Shown: in pieces, positions 32,311 through 42,607 of the stretch
Layout of the letters: each line of letters begins with the position of its first letter
Numbering within the stretch: the first letter of the stretch is position 1
NCBI GenBank assembly: GCA_934248075.1
Contig: CAKQKH010000002.1
Span: 47,224 to 111,223 of the forward strand
Source: an uncultured Alphaproteobacteria bacterium
Lineage (GTDB): Bacteria; Pseudomonadota; Alphaproteobacteria; RF32; CAG-239
Length of the DNA: 64,000 nt
Direction of reading: 5' to 3'
The notes under the pieces: model-generated
Told to the model about the DNA's origin: nothing
Databases searched by the model: none
The model's input: the letters and a program-made list of their open reading frames with translations, nothing else
Program-made: the position numbers and the translations under genes

Positions 32311-33522
32311 ATGACTGAATATAAAACAATTAAAGATTTGGGCGATTTGCAGGGCAAAGTTGTTATGCTCCGCGCCGATTTGAATGTTCCAATGGACGAG
32401 AATTTTCATGTTACCAACACCGCGCGTATCGTTCGCACGGTTCCGACCATCAAAACCTTGATGGACAAAGGCGCTAAAGTTGTGGTGATTTCTCACTTTG
32501 GCCGTCCGGAAGGCAAAGGCGATATGAAAAACTCCCTTTCTCACGTTGCCCCCGAGCTGGAAAAAGCTTTAGGCAAACATGTTGTGTTTGTAAATGACTG
32601 TATTGGCGCTGAAGTTGAAAATGCAGTGAAAAATATGAACTCTGATGAAGTTTTGCTACTGGAAAATCTGCGCTTTTACAACGAAGAAAAGAAAGGCGAT
32701 GAAAACTTTGCCAAAGAATTGGTAAAACCTGCCGATGTATATGTTTCTGATGCTTTTTCAACCGCGCACCGAGCTCATGCCTCTATGGTTGCGGCGGTTA
32801 AAGAACGTCCGGCAGCCATGGGTTTGCTGATGGAAGAGGAAGTTAATGCCTTGTCTAAAGGATTGAACAATCCGGAACGCCCGCTGATGGCTATTGTCGG
32901 CGGCTCCAAAGTTTCTACCAAGCTGGATTTGCTCAACAATCTGGTTAAGAAAGTAAACAAACTGGTAATTTCAGGCGGTATGGCTCACACCTTTATGAAA
33001 GCCAGCGGAATCGACACCGTTAACGAGGCTAACTCTTTGGTGCAAATGGATATGCTGGATACGGCCAAAGAGATTATGGCCACAGCCAAGGCCAATAACT
33101 GCGAGATTGTTTTGCCGGTTGATGTTGTGGTTTCTAAAGAATTCAAACCAATGGCCGAGCATAAAACTGTTGATTTGCAGCATATACCGGCTGAAGGTTG
33201 GAGCCTGCTTGATGTTGGCGAAAAAACCATTGCCGCGATTTGCGCCAAACTGGAAGAATGCAAAACTTTGGTTTGGAATGGTCCCTTGGGCGTGTTTGAG
33301 ATGAAACCGTTTGACAACGCCACCAACAAAGTTGCCGAGAAAGCAGCCGAATTGACAGAAGCCGGCAAACTGACTTCAGTAGCAGGCGGCGGTGACACCG
33401 TTTCGGCTCTGGCGAATGCCGGTGTTGAGAAGAAATTCTCTTATATTTCCACTGCCGGCGGTGCTTTTCTGGAGTGGATGGAAGGCAAAGAACTTCCGGG
33501 TGTAGTGGTTTTGAAAAAATAA
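32311..33522 (+). CDS. pgk: Phosphoglycerate kinase
   Basis: 403 aa with typical PGK motifs. Confidence 0.97.
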   Translation: MTEYKTIKDLGDLQGKVVMLRADLNVPMDENFHVTNTARIVRTVPTIKTLMDKGAKVVVISHFGRPEGKGDMKNSLSHVAPELEKALGKHVVFVNDCIGAEVENAVKNMNSDEVLLLENLRFYNEEKKGDENFAKELVKPADVYVSDAFSTAHRAHASMVAAVKERPAAMGLLMEEEVNALSKGLNNPERPLMAIVGGSKVSTKLDLLNNLVKKVNKLVISGGMAHTFMKASGIDTVNEANSLVQMDMLDTAKEIMATAKANNCEIVLPVDVVVSKEFKPMAEHKTVDLQHIPAEGWSLLDVGEKTIAAICAKLEECKTLVWNGPLGVFEMKPFDNATNKVAEKAAELTEAGKLTSVAGGGDTVSALANAGVEKKFSYISTAGGAFLEWMEGKELPGVVVLKK

Positions 33523-33589
33523 GCTTCACCACCAAAAATACCTGCCAATCAAAACATTGGCAGGTATTTTTTTGCACAGTTTCCTATTC

Positions 33590-35014
33590 TTATAGTTTGG
33601 CAATAGCGCTATCAATACGGCGCAAAGTTTCTTTTTGCCCCAAAATCACGGCGATTTCAGTAGCCCCGCCAGGGGTTGTTTCTTTGCCGCTCAGAGCTAT
33701 GCGAGCCGGATATAGAACCTGTCCGTTTTTAACGCCCAATTTTTCAGCCAAAGCTTTAAGACTGGCAAAGAGCGCGTCGTTGCTCCAATCTTGTTGAACG
33801 GCCAGCACCTCACGGATTTCCGGCATTACGGATTTGGCAACCGCAACATCAGTCTTCATTTTTTTGTTGACGTATAAATCCAGACTATAATCCGGCAAAG
33901 CACGAATAAAATCTGTCTGCTCGGCAATTTGGCCAAAAGTTTCAACTCGCGGCTGCAGAGTATGGCTAAGCGCCTCTAAATTAACCTCTTCCGACATATC
34001 CTGATAATAAGGCATAGCCAGCTGATGAAATTTTTCCGGAGTCAAAGCGCGGATATAGCACCCATTCATCCAAGTGAGTTTGGTAATGTCAAAAATTGAC
34101 GGTGAGCGGCTTAAACGCTCGATTGAAAAGACTTTTTTGAGGTCATCAAGCGAAAAAATCTCTTCTTCGGTACCAGGGTTCCAGCCTAAAAGAGCTATAT
34201 AGTTAATGATTGCTTCCGGCATATACCCCTTGGCCACCAAATCCTGAAAAGAGGCATCGCCATTGCGTTTGGAAAGCTTGTGTTGAGCATCTTTCATAAC
34301 CGGCGGAACATGAACATATAATGGGTGTTCCCAACCAAAATCTTCATAAATCAGATTATATTTAGGTGTTGATGATATATATTCATTGCCACGAACAACA
34401 TGAGTAATAGCCATGAGGTGATCATCGACAACATTGGCAAAGTTATAAGTCGGAAAGCCATCTGACTTGAGCAAAACACCCTCGTCCAACTCGTCATAAT
34501 CAATCTCGATATCGCCATATACTTCATCATGATACTTAGATTTGCCTTCTTTGTTGATAGTCTGACGAATAACATAAGGCTCGCCGGCCGCAACACGTTT
34601 TTTGGCCTCTTCCAACGGAATTAATTTGCAAGGATCTTTGAATTTGATATTCAGTTCCTCATTTTTCTCTTCATCGGCGTCTGATTTGGAGCAGAAGCAA
34701 TAGTGCGCGCCGCCAAGTTCCACCAGTTTGTGGGCATATTCGGCGTATAACGGCTTGCGCTCAGACTGAACATAAGGACCATAATTGCCGCCGATGTCCG
34801 GCCCCTCATCCCAGTTCATACCCACGGTTTTGAGGGTATTATAGATAATCTCGGTTGCCCCTTCGACATAGCGTTTTTGATCAGTGTCTTCAATACGCAG
34901 CAAAAAGTCACCGCCATTGGCTTTGGCAATCAGATATTCATACAGCGCCGTGCGCAGATTACCGATATGCATATATCCGGTCGGTGACGGAGCAAAACGA
35001 GTTCTAACTTTCAT
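33590..35014 (-). CDS. gltX: Glutamyl-tRNA synthetase
   Basis: HIGH (HIGNLRTAL) and KLSKR motifs. Start set at the ATG preceded by SD gagga (35014), not the upstream ATG at 35035. Confidence 0.93.
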   Translation of the reverse strand: MKVRTRFAPSPTGYMHIGNLRTALYEYLIAKANGGDFLLRIEDTDQKRYVEGATEIIYNTLKTVGMNWDEGPDIGGNYGPYVQSERKPLYAEYAHKLVELGGAHYCFCSKSDADEEKNEELNIKFKDPCKLIPLEEAKKRVAAGEPYVIRQTINKEGKSKYHDEVYGDIEIDYDELDEGVLLKSDGFPTYNFANVVDDHLMAITHVVRGNEYISSTPKYNLIYEDFGWEHPLYVHVPPVMKDAQHKLSKRNGDASFQDLVAKGYMPEAIINYIALLGWNPGTEEEIFSLDDLKKVFSIERLSRSPSIFDITKLTWMNGCYIRALTPEKFHQLAMPYYQDMSEEVNLEALSHTLQPRVETFGQIAEQTDFIRALPDYSLDLYVNKKMKTDVAVAKSVMPEIREVLAVQQDWSNDALFASLKALAEKLGVKNGQVLYPARIALSGKETTPGGATEIAVILGQKETLRRIDSAIAKL

Positions 35015-35082
35015 TTTTCTATCCTCAAAGTTCATAAAATTTGGCTCTTACATTAGCGCAAAAAAGAAATTTGGCAAGAGTT

Positions 35083-36747
35083 TTATGCGCTCAGCAAGAC
35101 ATCAGCGGCAGCGCGGGCTTCGGCCGTAATTGTGGCGCCGGCCAACATGCGGGCTATTTCTTCCCGACGGCTTTGGTTATCAAGGGCAAACACGGCTGTA
35201 GTTGTGATATTGTCTTTGGTGCTTTTTTCCACCTTAAAATGTTGACGTCCCTGAGCGGCAACCTGCGGAGAGTGCGTAACCACCAAAACCTGCACCCGTT
35301 GTCCCAAACGAGCCAACCTCTCACCAACCGCTTGAGCCGTGGCGCCGCCGATACCGGCATCAACCTCATCAAATATCATTGTGGCAACCTGCGAACTCCG
35401 AGCTAAATTTACCTTGAGCGCCAACATAAAACGCGCCAACTCGCCACCAGAGGCGATTTTTGCCAACGGCCCTTGAGGAGAATTAGGATTGGTTGAAACC
35501 GTAAACGCAATATTGTCAAACCCATGCTCATTCCAACCCGCTTCGGATTGTTTTTCTACCATGGTGATAAAACGAGCCTTTTCCATTTTTAGCGGAGGAA
35601 GTTCATGCATAACCGCAGCATCTAGTTTTTGTGCGGCATCAGCACGAGCTGTATGCAAACTACCTGCCGCCTCCAAATAAGCCAGCCGTTTTTCCTGCTC
35701 TATTTTGCGCAAATGGTTAATACCGTCTTCACCAAGTTCAATACTGTTGAGGCGATGACGAAAATCTTCTAAAACATCAGCCAAATCATCAACGGCAACT
35801 CCGTGCTTACGCGCCAAATCTTTAAGCGCAAACAGCCGACTATCAATGTTTTCCTGCTCATTAGAGTTTAGACTGATATCTGCCGACGCGCTCTCTATGC
35901 GCTCTACGGCGTCAGTGAGTTCAATCAGCGAGCGATCAAGAGCGGCGTAAATATCATCGTATTTGCCGTCAACATATTGGTTGGCTTTGTCAATAGCGGC
36001 TTCTGCTTGCCGCAGCGCCGACGAAACATCACGATTGCCGCTCAAAGCCTGATAAGCGCTGTTGAGACTCTCAACAATTTTTTCAGCGTGCATCAGCTCC
36101 TGACGGCGAGCGGAAAGTTCGGCCTCCTCGCCCTTAACCGGATTAACTCGCTCCAGCTCGCGCAACCAATGGCGCAGATTTTCTTCTTCGGCTTTTGACT
36201 TATCCAAATCAGTCTCGGCTCTGGCGCGTTCTTGTTTGGCTTTGGAATAGTCCTCCCAAGCGGTGGCGACCTGATTAAGCAACTGAGGATATTGTCCCCA
36301 AGTGTCTAATATATTTCGATGATTTAGCGGATTCAGCAACCCCTGATTGTCAAATTGCCCATGAATTTCCACCAGCAACGCCCCGACATCTTTGAGCAAG
36401 CGAAGGCTTGTCGGCTGATCGTTGATAAAAATTTTACCTTTGCCGGAGCGTTCAAGGGTGCGCTTGATAATAATCTCATCTCCGCCATCCAGCTCATTGT
36501 CGGCCAACAATTTTTGCAACGGCTGATTGGTGATTTGGCCGTCAAAAACCGCGGTAACGCTCAATTTGTCCTCTCCGGTGCGGATTAGCGAAGTCTCAGC
36601 GCGATTGCCAAGCACCAACCCCAGGGAATCCAACAAGATAGATTTACCGGCTCCGGTTTCTCCGGTTAACACGCTCAGCCCTTCGCCAAACTCCAAATCA
36701 AGCTTGTCAATCAGAACCACATTGCGAATAAAAAGCGAACGAAGCAT
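35083..36747 (-). CDS. recN: DNA repair protein RecN
   Basis: Walker A GETGAGKS, a central coiled coil and a C-terminal ABC signature. Confidence 0.93.
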   Translation of the reverse strand: MLRSLFIRNVVLIDKLDLEFGEGLSVLTGETGAGKSILLDSLGLVLGNRAETSLIRTGEDKLSVTAVFDGQITNQPLQKLLADNELDGGDEIIIKRTLERSGKGKIFINDQPTSLRLLKDVGALLVEIHGQFDNQGLLNPLNHRNILDTWGQYPQLLNQVATAWEDYSKAKQERARAETDLDKSKAEEENLRHWLRELERVNPVKGEEAELSARRQELMHAEKIVESLNSAYQALSGNRDVSSALRQAEAAIDKANQYVDGKYDDIYAALDRSLIELTDAVERIESASADISLNSNEQENIDSRLFALKDLARKHGVAVDDLADVLEDFRHRLNSIELGEDGINHLRKIEQEKRLAYLEAAGSLHTARADAAQKLDAAVMHELPPLKMEKARFITMVEKQSEAGWNEHGFDNIAFTVSTNPNSPQGPLAKIASGGELARFMLALKVNLARSSQVATMIFDEVDAGIGGATAQAVGERLARLGQRVQVLVVTHSPQVAAQGRQHFKVEKSTKDNITTTAVFALDNQSRREEIARMLAGATITAEARAAADVLLSA

Positions 36748-36765
36748 GTTGGTCAGAAGTCCTTT

Positions 36766-37491
36766 TTAAAGTTTTTGGGCGCGTTTATACCATTTGCTGT
36801 CGGGATAATTATAGCCCAGAACTTTTAAGCTGGTTTCGGCTTCTTTATCCAAACCCAAAATTTTGTACAGCTCCACCTGACGGTATAGGGCTTCTTCAAT
36901 ATGTCCGGTGGTCTGATAATGATTGACCACCTCTGAAAAACGATTCAGCGCCGACAAATAGTTCTTTTGCTGAAGATAAAAACGCCCGACCTCCATTTCC
37001 TGTCCAGCCAAATGGTCGTTAATCAGGTTGATTTTGCGGCGGGCATCAGCGGCATATTCGGTATCGGGAAAGCGAACAATCAGTTGATTAAAGGCATCTA
37101 GAGCTTCGCGGGTTGACTCCTGATCTTTTTCGATGCCGACAATCTGCTCATAATAGCATAATCCTCGCATATAATACGCGTAGGCAATGTCTTTGTTGCC
37201 GGGGTGATATTTAATAAAACGCTCAAGGCTCATAATTGCGTCATCATATTTTTGGTCTTTGTAGTAGGCATATGCTCCCATCAGCTTGGCCTTGGTCGCC
37301 CATTTGGAATAAGGGTGCTCCAACTCAACTTTTTCAAAATTAGCGGCGGCTTTGGCATAAGCGGTCTTGTTTAATTCTTTGTAGCCGCGGTTATACAACC
37401 TCTCGGCCGAAAGTACTTCGTTGGTGTCTTTGGTGGAAGAACAAGCTCCAAACAGCAAAACGCAACTTAAGATCAGCACAATTTTTTTCAT
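36766..37491 (-). CDS. bamD: Outer-membrane protein assembly factor BamD (TPR lipoprotein)
   Basis: Lipobox LLFGACSS and TPR repeats. Confidence 0.8.
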   Translation of the reverse strand: MKKIVLILSCVLLFGACSSTKDTNEVLSAERLYNRGYKELNKTAYAKAAANFEKVELEHPYSKWATKAKLMGAYAYYKDQKYDDAIMSLERFIKYHPGNKDIAYAYYMRGLCYYEQIVGIEKDQESTREALDAFNQLIVRFPDTEYAADARRKINLINDHLAGQEMEVGRFYLQQKNYLSALNRFSEVVNHYQTTGHIEEALYRQVELYKILGLDKEAETSLKVLGYNYPDSKWYKRAQKL

Positions 37492-37494
37492 TTC

Positions 37495-38352
37495 TTATTC
37501 CTCAACAATCTGATAATTGGATTTATCGGCAAACAGAGCGCGCAAAATCTGGTTATTATGATAGTGTCCGCTTTTGGAGGCTTTGAGCGCTCCCTTAATC
37601 AGATATCCGGACGTATAAGCATCTCCAATAGCATCGATAACTTTGTGTTTGACGCATTCATCAGTTTTACGAAAGCCCTCGGGATTAAGAATTGTTTCGC
37701 CATCCAACACAATGGCGTTTTCCAGACTTCCGCCCTTAATCAACCCGAGAGAGCGCAAATAATCGACCTGATATTTCTCGCAAAAAGTGCGGCACGGAGC
37801 AATTTCTTGAGCAAAAACATCAGCGGTAAGCGGAGCTGAAAACTCTTGGTGACCAACAATTTTGGAAGGGAAATCTATTGCAAAAGACACCGCAAAATTT
37901 GGCGCCGGAGCCAATTCCACAATAGCGCCTTTGCCGTCATCAAACCTAATTGTTTTAAGCACTTTTAAAATCTTGCGGGGAGCATTTTGCGCAACCACGC
38001 CGACAGACTTAAGCGCCTCATAAAATGGCAGAGCCGAACCGTCCATAATCGGGACTTCGGGATTGTTAATTTCAATTAAGGCATTATCTACACCGCAAAC
38101 CGCCAGCGCTGCCATCAAATGCTCTATGGTCGAAACAACATTGCCATGCTCATCTCCCAAGCAGGTGCAGTTACGAGTATCAACCACATTGGAATAAAGA
38201 GCGGCAATCTGCGGTTTGTCCGGCAAGTCATTGCGCACAAACACAATGCCGTGATTTTCCGGCGCCGGATGCAAAACAAGAGTGGCGTCACATCCGGAAT
38301 GAAGGCCTATGCCTTTGATAGTGAGATCTGCAGATAAGGTTTGCTGGTGCAT
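37495..38352 (-). CDS. lpxC: UDP-3-O-acyl-GlcNAc deacetylase
   Basis: Start at MHQQTLSADLTIKGIGLHSG. LpxC family. Confidence 0.9.
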   Translation of the reverse strand: MHQQTLSADLTIKGIGLHSGCDATLVLHPAPENHGIVFVRNDLPDKPQIAALYSNVVDTRNCTCLGDEHGNVVSTIEHLMAALAVCGVDNALIEINNPEVPIMDGSALPFYEALKSVGVVAQNAPRKILKVLKTIRFDDGKGAIVELAPAPNFAVSFAIDFPSKIVGHQEFSAPLTADVFAQEIAPCRTFCEKYQVDYLRSLGLIKGGSLENAIVLDGETILNPEGFRKTDECVKHKVIDAIGDAYTSGYLIKGALKASKSGHYHNNQILRALFADKSNYQIVEE

Positions 38353-38377
38353 ATTTTGGCTCCTAAACAACGATAAT

Positions 38378-38782
38378 TTGACAAGGTGCCTATAAGCCGG
38401 GTTCTGTATCCTGCAAAGCAGGACGATAGCCATTCATCTAGGCTGCTTATTACTAAGTAGCTCAACGCGACCTACCTCTGGAGCGGAAGGAGAACATTCC
38501 GTTTAACACAGTTTATTCAGCCCAAAAGCCAAATACTTGCGCCCTCCTAACTTGGTCTTGCATCAAACAGGGTTTACCCTGCCAAAACCGTTGCCGGTTT
38601 TGCGGTGGGCTCTTACCCCGCCTTTTCACCCTTACCGAAAACGTATTTCGGCGGTATATTCTCTGTGGCACTTTCCCTTGGATTACTCCAGCCGGACGTT
38701 ATCCGGTGTTTTGTTCCCCTGAAGCCCGGACTTTCCTCACCGCGGGCAACGCCACGGCGCGGCTATCCGGCCACCTTGTCGT
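38378..38782 (-). ncRNA. rnpB: RNase P RNA (bacterial type A)
   Basis: The minus strand carries GAGGAAAGTCCGGGCT (P4 5' strand), AGGGTGAAAAGGCGGGGTAAGAGCCCACC and ACAGAACCCGGCTTAT (P4 3' strand). Termini pair as P1: GACAAGGTGG / CACCTTGTC. Confidence 0.88.
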
Positions 38783-38969
38783 TGCCTAGAATAGCATTTC
38801 AGAACTTGATTGCAAGAGCTTTGTTATTTTTTGAAGATTTAAACAAGCATAAATAAAAAATATAATTATTTTTCATCTGCCTCTATTCGGCTGTTTATAT
38901 GCCATTACATCGGATATGGATAACGCACAAACAGAACAAACCAAGAACAGTTAACAAATTACTAAAATT

Positions 38970-38995
38970 TCCCATTGATTCCCATATTTTCCCAT
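38970..38995. promoter_or_regulatory. Candidate MraZ operator: three TGGGA (TCCCAT on the plus strand) direct repeats with 10-bp periodicity in the mraZ promoter
   Basis: TCCCAT at 38970, 38980 and 38990. It overlaps a putative promoter (TTGATT, 17-nt spacer, TATACC) about 45 bp upstream of mraZ. Confidence 0.5.
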
Positions 38996-39039
38996 GCTAT
39001 ACCATAAACATGATAAGTTGTTAACGAGGAACCAGAGAA

Positions 39040-39507
39040 TTGCGCAAAACGTTTCTATTTATGGATACGATTTTGAACAAGGTAGATGCCAAAGGGCGCG
39101 TCTCCCTGCCAGCTGACTACCGCGCAATTGTAAAAGAAACAGGTTCTGAAATTGTTTGTTATCGTTCGCTTTCTTACCCCTGCATTGAGGGATGTTTGGA
39201 AGATCTGCTGGATAAATTGGCCACGCAGATGGAAGATTCGCTGGATTTCTTTTCGGAGACTCAAGATGATATTAGCAATTTGGTGTTTGGCGACGCCAAG
39301 CGTTATCCCTTTGATTCTACCGGACGGATTATGCTGTCGGAAAAATTGCTGAAACACGCCCAAATAACCGATAGCGCCGTGTTTGTCGGCAAAGGCCGCA
39401 AATTTCAGATCTGGAATCCCGACAATTGGGCCAAAGAAGAACAGCGGATTCGGGCTCAGGTGCAGAAAGTGCGTCCGTCTTTGCGGGAGGGTACGCATGA
39501 ATCCTAA
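39040..39507 (+). CDS. mraZ: Transcriptional regulator MraZ
   Basis: Two MraZ repeats (DAKGRVSLP, DSTGRIMLS). TTG start at 39040 with SD gagga. Alternative ATG at 39061. Confidence 0.85.
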   Translation: MRKTFLFMDTILNKVDAKGRVSLPADYRAIVKETGSEIVCYRSLSYPCIEGCLEDLLDKLATQMEDSLDFFSETQDDISNLVFGDAKRYPFDSTGRIMLSEKLLKHAQITDSAVFVGKGRKFQIWNPDNWAKEEQRIRAQVQKVRPSLREGTHES

Positions 39508-40444
39508 TTATCAGAAACATTTTCCGGTGATGCTGCCAGAAGTATTGCAATATCTGTCACCGCAAAACGGCGAGATTTATGTTGACGCCACTTTTGGCAA
39601 CGGTGGTTACAGCGAAGCTATTTTGCAAGCGGCGGACTGTCGGGTGATTGCTCTTGACCGCGACCCCAATGTTGCTGATCGCGCCAATGAATTGACCAGA
39701 TTGTATGGTAACCGCTTTGAGTTTCGCGCCGGAAAATTCAGTGATTTTGCCAATTTGGTACCAGAAGATATCAACGGAGCAGTTTTTGATATTGGCGTTT
39801 CTTCAATGCAACTTGATCAGGCCGAGCGCGGTTTTTCTTTTTCTAAAGACGCGCCTTTGGATATGCGGATGTCTCAGACCGGATTGAGCGCAGCTGATTT
39901 AGTGAACTCCCTGCCCGAGGCTGAGCTGGCGGACATTATTTATAACTACGGCGAAGAACGCAAATCACGGCAGATTGCCCGAAAAATTGTTGAGATTCGC
40001 AAGATTTCCCCCATTAACACCACCAAACAGCTGGCTGATGTCATCTACTCGGTTGTTTATCGCGACGCCGGCAATATTGATCCGGCAACCCGTACATTTC
40101 AGGCGCTGCGCATTGCCGTTAATGACGAACTGGGCGAGCTTCGCTCCGGACTTTGCGGCGCAACATCTCGTCTGGTTGGCAATGGACGTTTGGTAGTGGT
40201 GGATTTTCACTCGTTAGAAGACCGGATTGTAAAAAAATTTTTTAGTGATAACTCTGGCCGGCGGCAGCATGTGTCGCGCTATCGGACAGAAACTCAACCC
40301 CAGAATGAAGACAAAGTTTTTGCCGAATGCTCAAAAGCTATTACCCCCTCAGAAGCGGAAATAAAGCTTAATGCTCGTTCACGTTCGGCCAAATTGCGCT
40401 TTGCCGTCAAAAACCAAAACTTCCAGAAGGAGTTTGCAATATGA
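39497..40444 (+). CDS. rsmH: 16S rRNA m4C1402 methyltransferase RsmH (MraW)
   Basis: ATG at 39497 with SD gggagg. Motifs DATFGNGGYS and DIGVSSMQLD. Confidence 0.9.
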   Translation: MNPNYQKHFPVMLPEVLQYLSPQNGEIYVDATFGNGGYSEAILQAADCRVIALDRDPNVADRANELTRLYGNRFEFRAGKFSDFANLVPEDINGAVFDIGVSSMQLDQAERGFSFSKDAPLDMRMSQTGLSAADLVNSLPEAELADIIYNYGEERKSRQIARKIVEIRKISPINTTKQLADVIYSVVYRDAGNIDPATRTFQALRIAVNDELGELRSGLCGATSRLVGNGRLVVVDFHSLEDRIVKKFFSDNSGRRQHVSRYRTETQPQNEDKVFAECSKAITPSEAEIKLNARSRSAKLRFAVKNQNFQKEFAI

Positions 40445-40824
40445 ATAGCACCAAATTAGCAACTATCGCTTTGTGGATATCTTTGCCGTGCCTGATCGGA
40501 TTCGGCTCTTTGGTTATGAAAAACACTGTACACGAGCTGGAGGGCCAACTCAACACTATCAACCGCGGAATACAAGATGATATTAAAACCATTCACGTGT
40601 TGAAAGCAGAATGGTCGCATCTGAACACTCCCTCCCGACTAAGACAACTGGTGGCTAAACATATTTCGCTAAATCCGGTGCAAGCTGAACAAATTATTAA
40701 CTATTCTGCGCTACCATTTTCTTATGAGAACGGCGAATCGAGAAAACTCGCCGCCAGAAAGAATATTTCAAAATACGCTGAGCATAATAAGGAGCTGAAA
40801 CGCCTGACTAATGCTCAGAGATAG
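40441..40824 (+). CDS. ftsL: Cell division protein FtsL
   Basis: Small bitopic protein with a TM helix and a coiled coil. Position is between rsmH and ftsI. Confidence 0.6.
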   Translation: MNSTKLATIALWISLPCLIGFGSLVMKNTVHELEGQLNTINRGIQDDIKTIHVLKAEWSHLNTPSRLRQLVAKHISLNPVQAEQIINYSALPFSYENGESRKLAARKNISKYAEHNKELKRLTNAQR

Positions 40825-40846
40825 TGGATATGGGCAGTAGCAGACA

Positions 40847-42583
40847 ATGTTCGGAAAGTATTTTTCGAGAAAGAAAACAGAAGATTTCTACCTCCCCGGT
40901 GAAGAGATAAAAATCAACAAAGACATCTCTTTCTGCAATAGTTTTTCGTGCCAAAAAGACCCGCTGTCCATGTGCAGAAAACGCCTGACTTTTGTTATGT
41001 TTTGCTTTGGCGCGGCCTATTTGGGAATTGCAATGCTGTTGTTTAATTTGTGCATTGTTCCAAACCTGAGCGCAGACAGCCGAAACACAACCGTCCGTTT
41101 TGCACAAAACCCCATTCGCCGCGCCGATATTATTGATCGTAACGGCACAATTATCGCAACATCTTTGCCAACTGTTAATCTTTATGCCAATCCGCATAAA
41201 ATCCGCAACCCCGAAAAAGCCGCGCGTTTGTTGACACAAGCACTGCCTGAGCTGGGATTTGAAAGCACGCTGAAAAAGCTTAAGCATCGCGGCAGTTTTG
41301 TGTATCTGAAACGCAACCTTACGCCATCTCAACAATACCAAATAAACTATTTGGGAATCCCCGGATTGGAGTTTGAAAACGGCGAAAAACGCGTGTATCC
41401 GCACAAGAATCTATTGGCGCATATTGTCGGAAACACCAATATTGACAACGAGGGAATATCCGGAATTGAAAAAGCGCTTGACGCTCGTTTAACCAGTTCG
41501 GATATACCGCTGCGGCTATCAATTGATGTCGGAATTCAAGACACGATTCGCGAGCTTCTGAAAGAGGGCATGACAAAATTTCACGCTTTGGGCGCAACCG
41601 CCGTGTTGATGGACGTGAACACCTCAGAAATTATATCTATGGTATCATTGCCGGACTTTGACCCTAATACCGGCAAAGTCAAAACCGAGCGGGCTTTGTT
41701 CAATATGGCGACAACCGGCGTTTATGAACCCGGATCCGTGTTGAAAATTTTTAATACCGCCATGTCGCTGGAAAGCGGAAAAGTTAAGATTTCTGACAGA
41801 TTTGACGCCACTCAGCCGCTAAAATTGAAATACAACACTATTAAGGATTATCGCGGTGAGAATCGGTGGCTGTCAGTGCCGGAGATCTTGGTGTATTCCT
41901 CCAATATCGGCTCTGCGCAAATGGCGCTTAAGGTCGGCGGTAATGAACAAAGAAATTTTTTGGAAAAAATCGGTTTTTTTGAAAAACTGGATATTGAGGT
42001 GGCTGAGCGCGGAACCCCGCTGGTTCCCAAGCGTTGGGGTGACGGAACAATAGCCACCGTGGCGTTTGGTTATGGCGTTGCGGTGTCTCCGTTGCATGTT
42101 ATCACCGGATATGCCGCTGTGGTCAATGGTGGAATTTATCACAGTCCGTCGCTGATTAAAGACGGCCCCAAAGGTAAGAACGGCCATAGAGTATTGTCGT
42201 TTAACACCTCAAAAACCATGCGTAAACTGATGCGGCTGGTGGTTACCGACGGTTCCGGCAAACGCGCCAACGTTTCTGGATATGAGGTCGGCGGCAAAAC
42301 CGGTACCGCCAATAAACTTTCGGAACGCGGCAGATATGTTGACAAGAAAGTTCGCACAACCTTTGTATCGGCTTTTCCGATATCTGATCCTAAATACGCG
42401 CTGATTGTTATGCTCGACGAACCCAAACCGCTGAAAGAAACCTGGGGGTTCGTTACCGCAGGTTGGAACACCGTGCCGACGGCCTCAAAAATTATTTCAG
42501 CAGTCGCGCCACAGCTTAATTTGAAAGCTAACTTTGATATTGATGAACAACGCCGGCAACGAATTATTGAAGCTTCATATTAG
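40847..42583 (+). CDS. ftsI: Peptidoglycan D,D-transpeptidase FtsI (PBP3)
   Basis: PBP dimer plus transpeptidase domains (SVLK, SSN, KTGT motifs). Confidence 0.9.
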   Translation: MFGKYFSRKKTEDFYLPGEEIKINKDISFCNSFSCQKDPLSMCRKRLTFVMFCFGAAYLGIAMLLFNLCIVPNLSADSRNTTVRFAQNPIRRADIIDRNGTIIATSLPTVNLYANPHKIRNPEKAARLLTQALPELGFESTLKKLKHRGSFVYLKRNLTPSQQYQINYLGIPGLEFENGEKRVYPHKNLLAHIVGNTNIDNEGISGIEKALDARLTSSDIPLRLSIDVGIQDTIRELLKEGMTKFHALGATAVLMDVNTSEIISMVSLPDFDPNTGKVKTERALFNMATTGVYEPGSVLKIFNTAMSLESGKVKISDRFDATQPLKLKYNTIKDYRGENRWLSVPEILVYSSNIGSAQMALKVGGNEQRNFLEKIGFFEKLDIEVAERGTPLVPKRWGDGTIATVAFGYGVAVSPLHVITGYAAVVNGGIYHSPSLIKDGPKGKNGHRVLSFNTSKTMRKLMRLVVTDGSGKRANVSGYEVGGKTGTANKLSERGRYVDKKVRTTFVSAFPISDPKYALIVMLDEPKPLKETWGFVTAGWNTVPTASKIISAVAPQLNLKANFDIDEQRRQRIIEASY

Positions 42584-42607
42584 GTGCCGGGCCGGCACGG
42601 GCATTCG

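Noticed and set aside
38537-38856. ORFs 38537-38722 and 38605-38856 on the plus strand
   Set aside because: They lie inside or antisense to the RNase P RNA gene.
40921-40960. TGGCAC...TTGC on the minus strand as a possible sigma-54 promoter
   Set aside because: GG-to-GC spacing is 16 rather than 10-12. It lies inside ftsI on the opposite strand.
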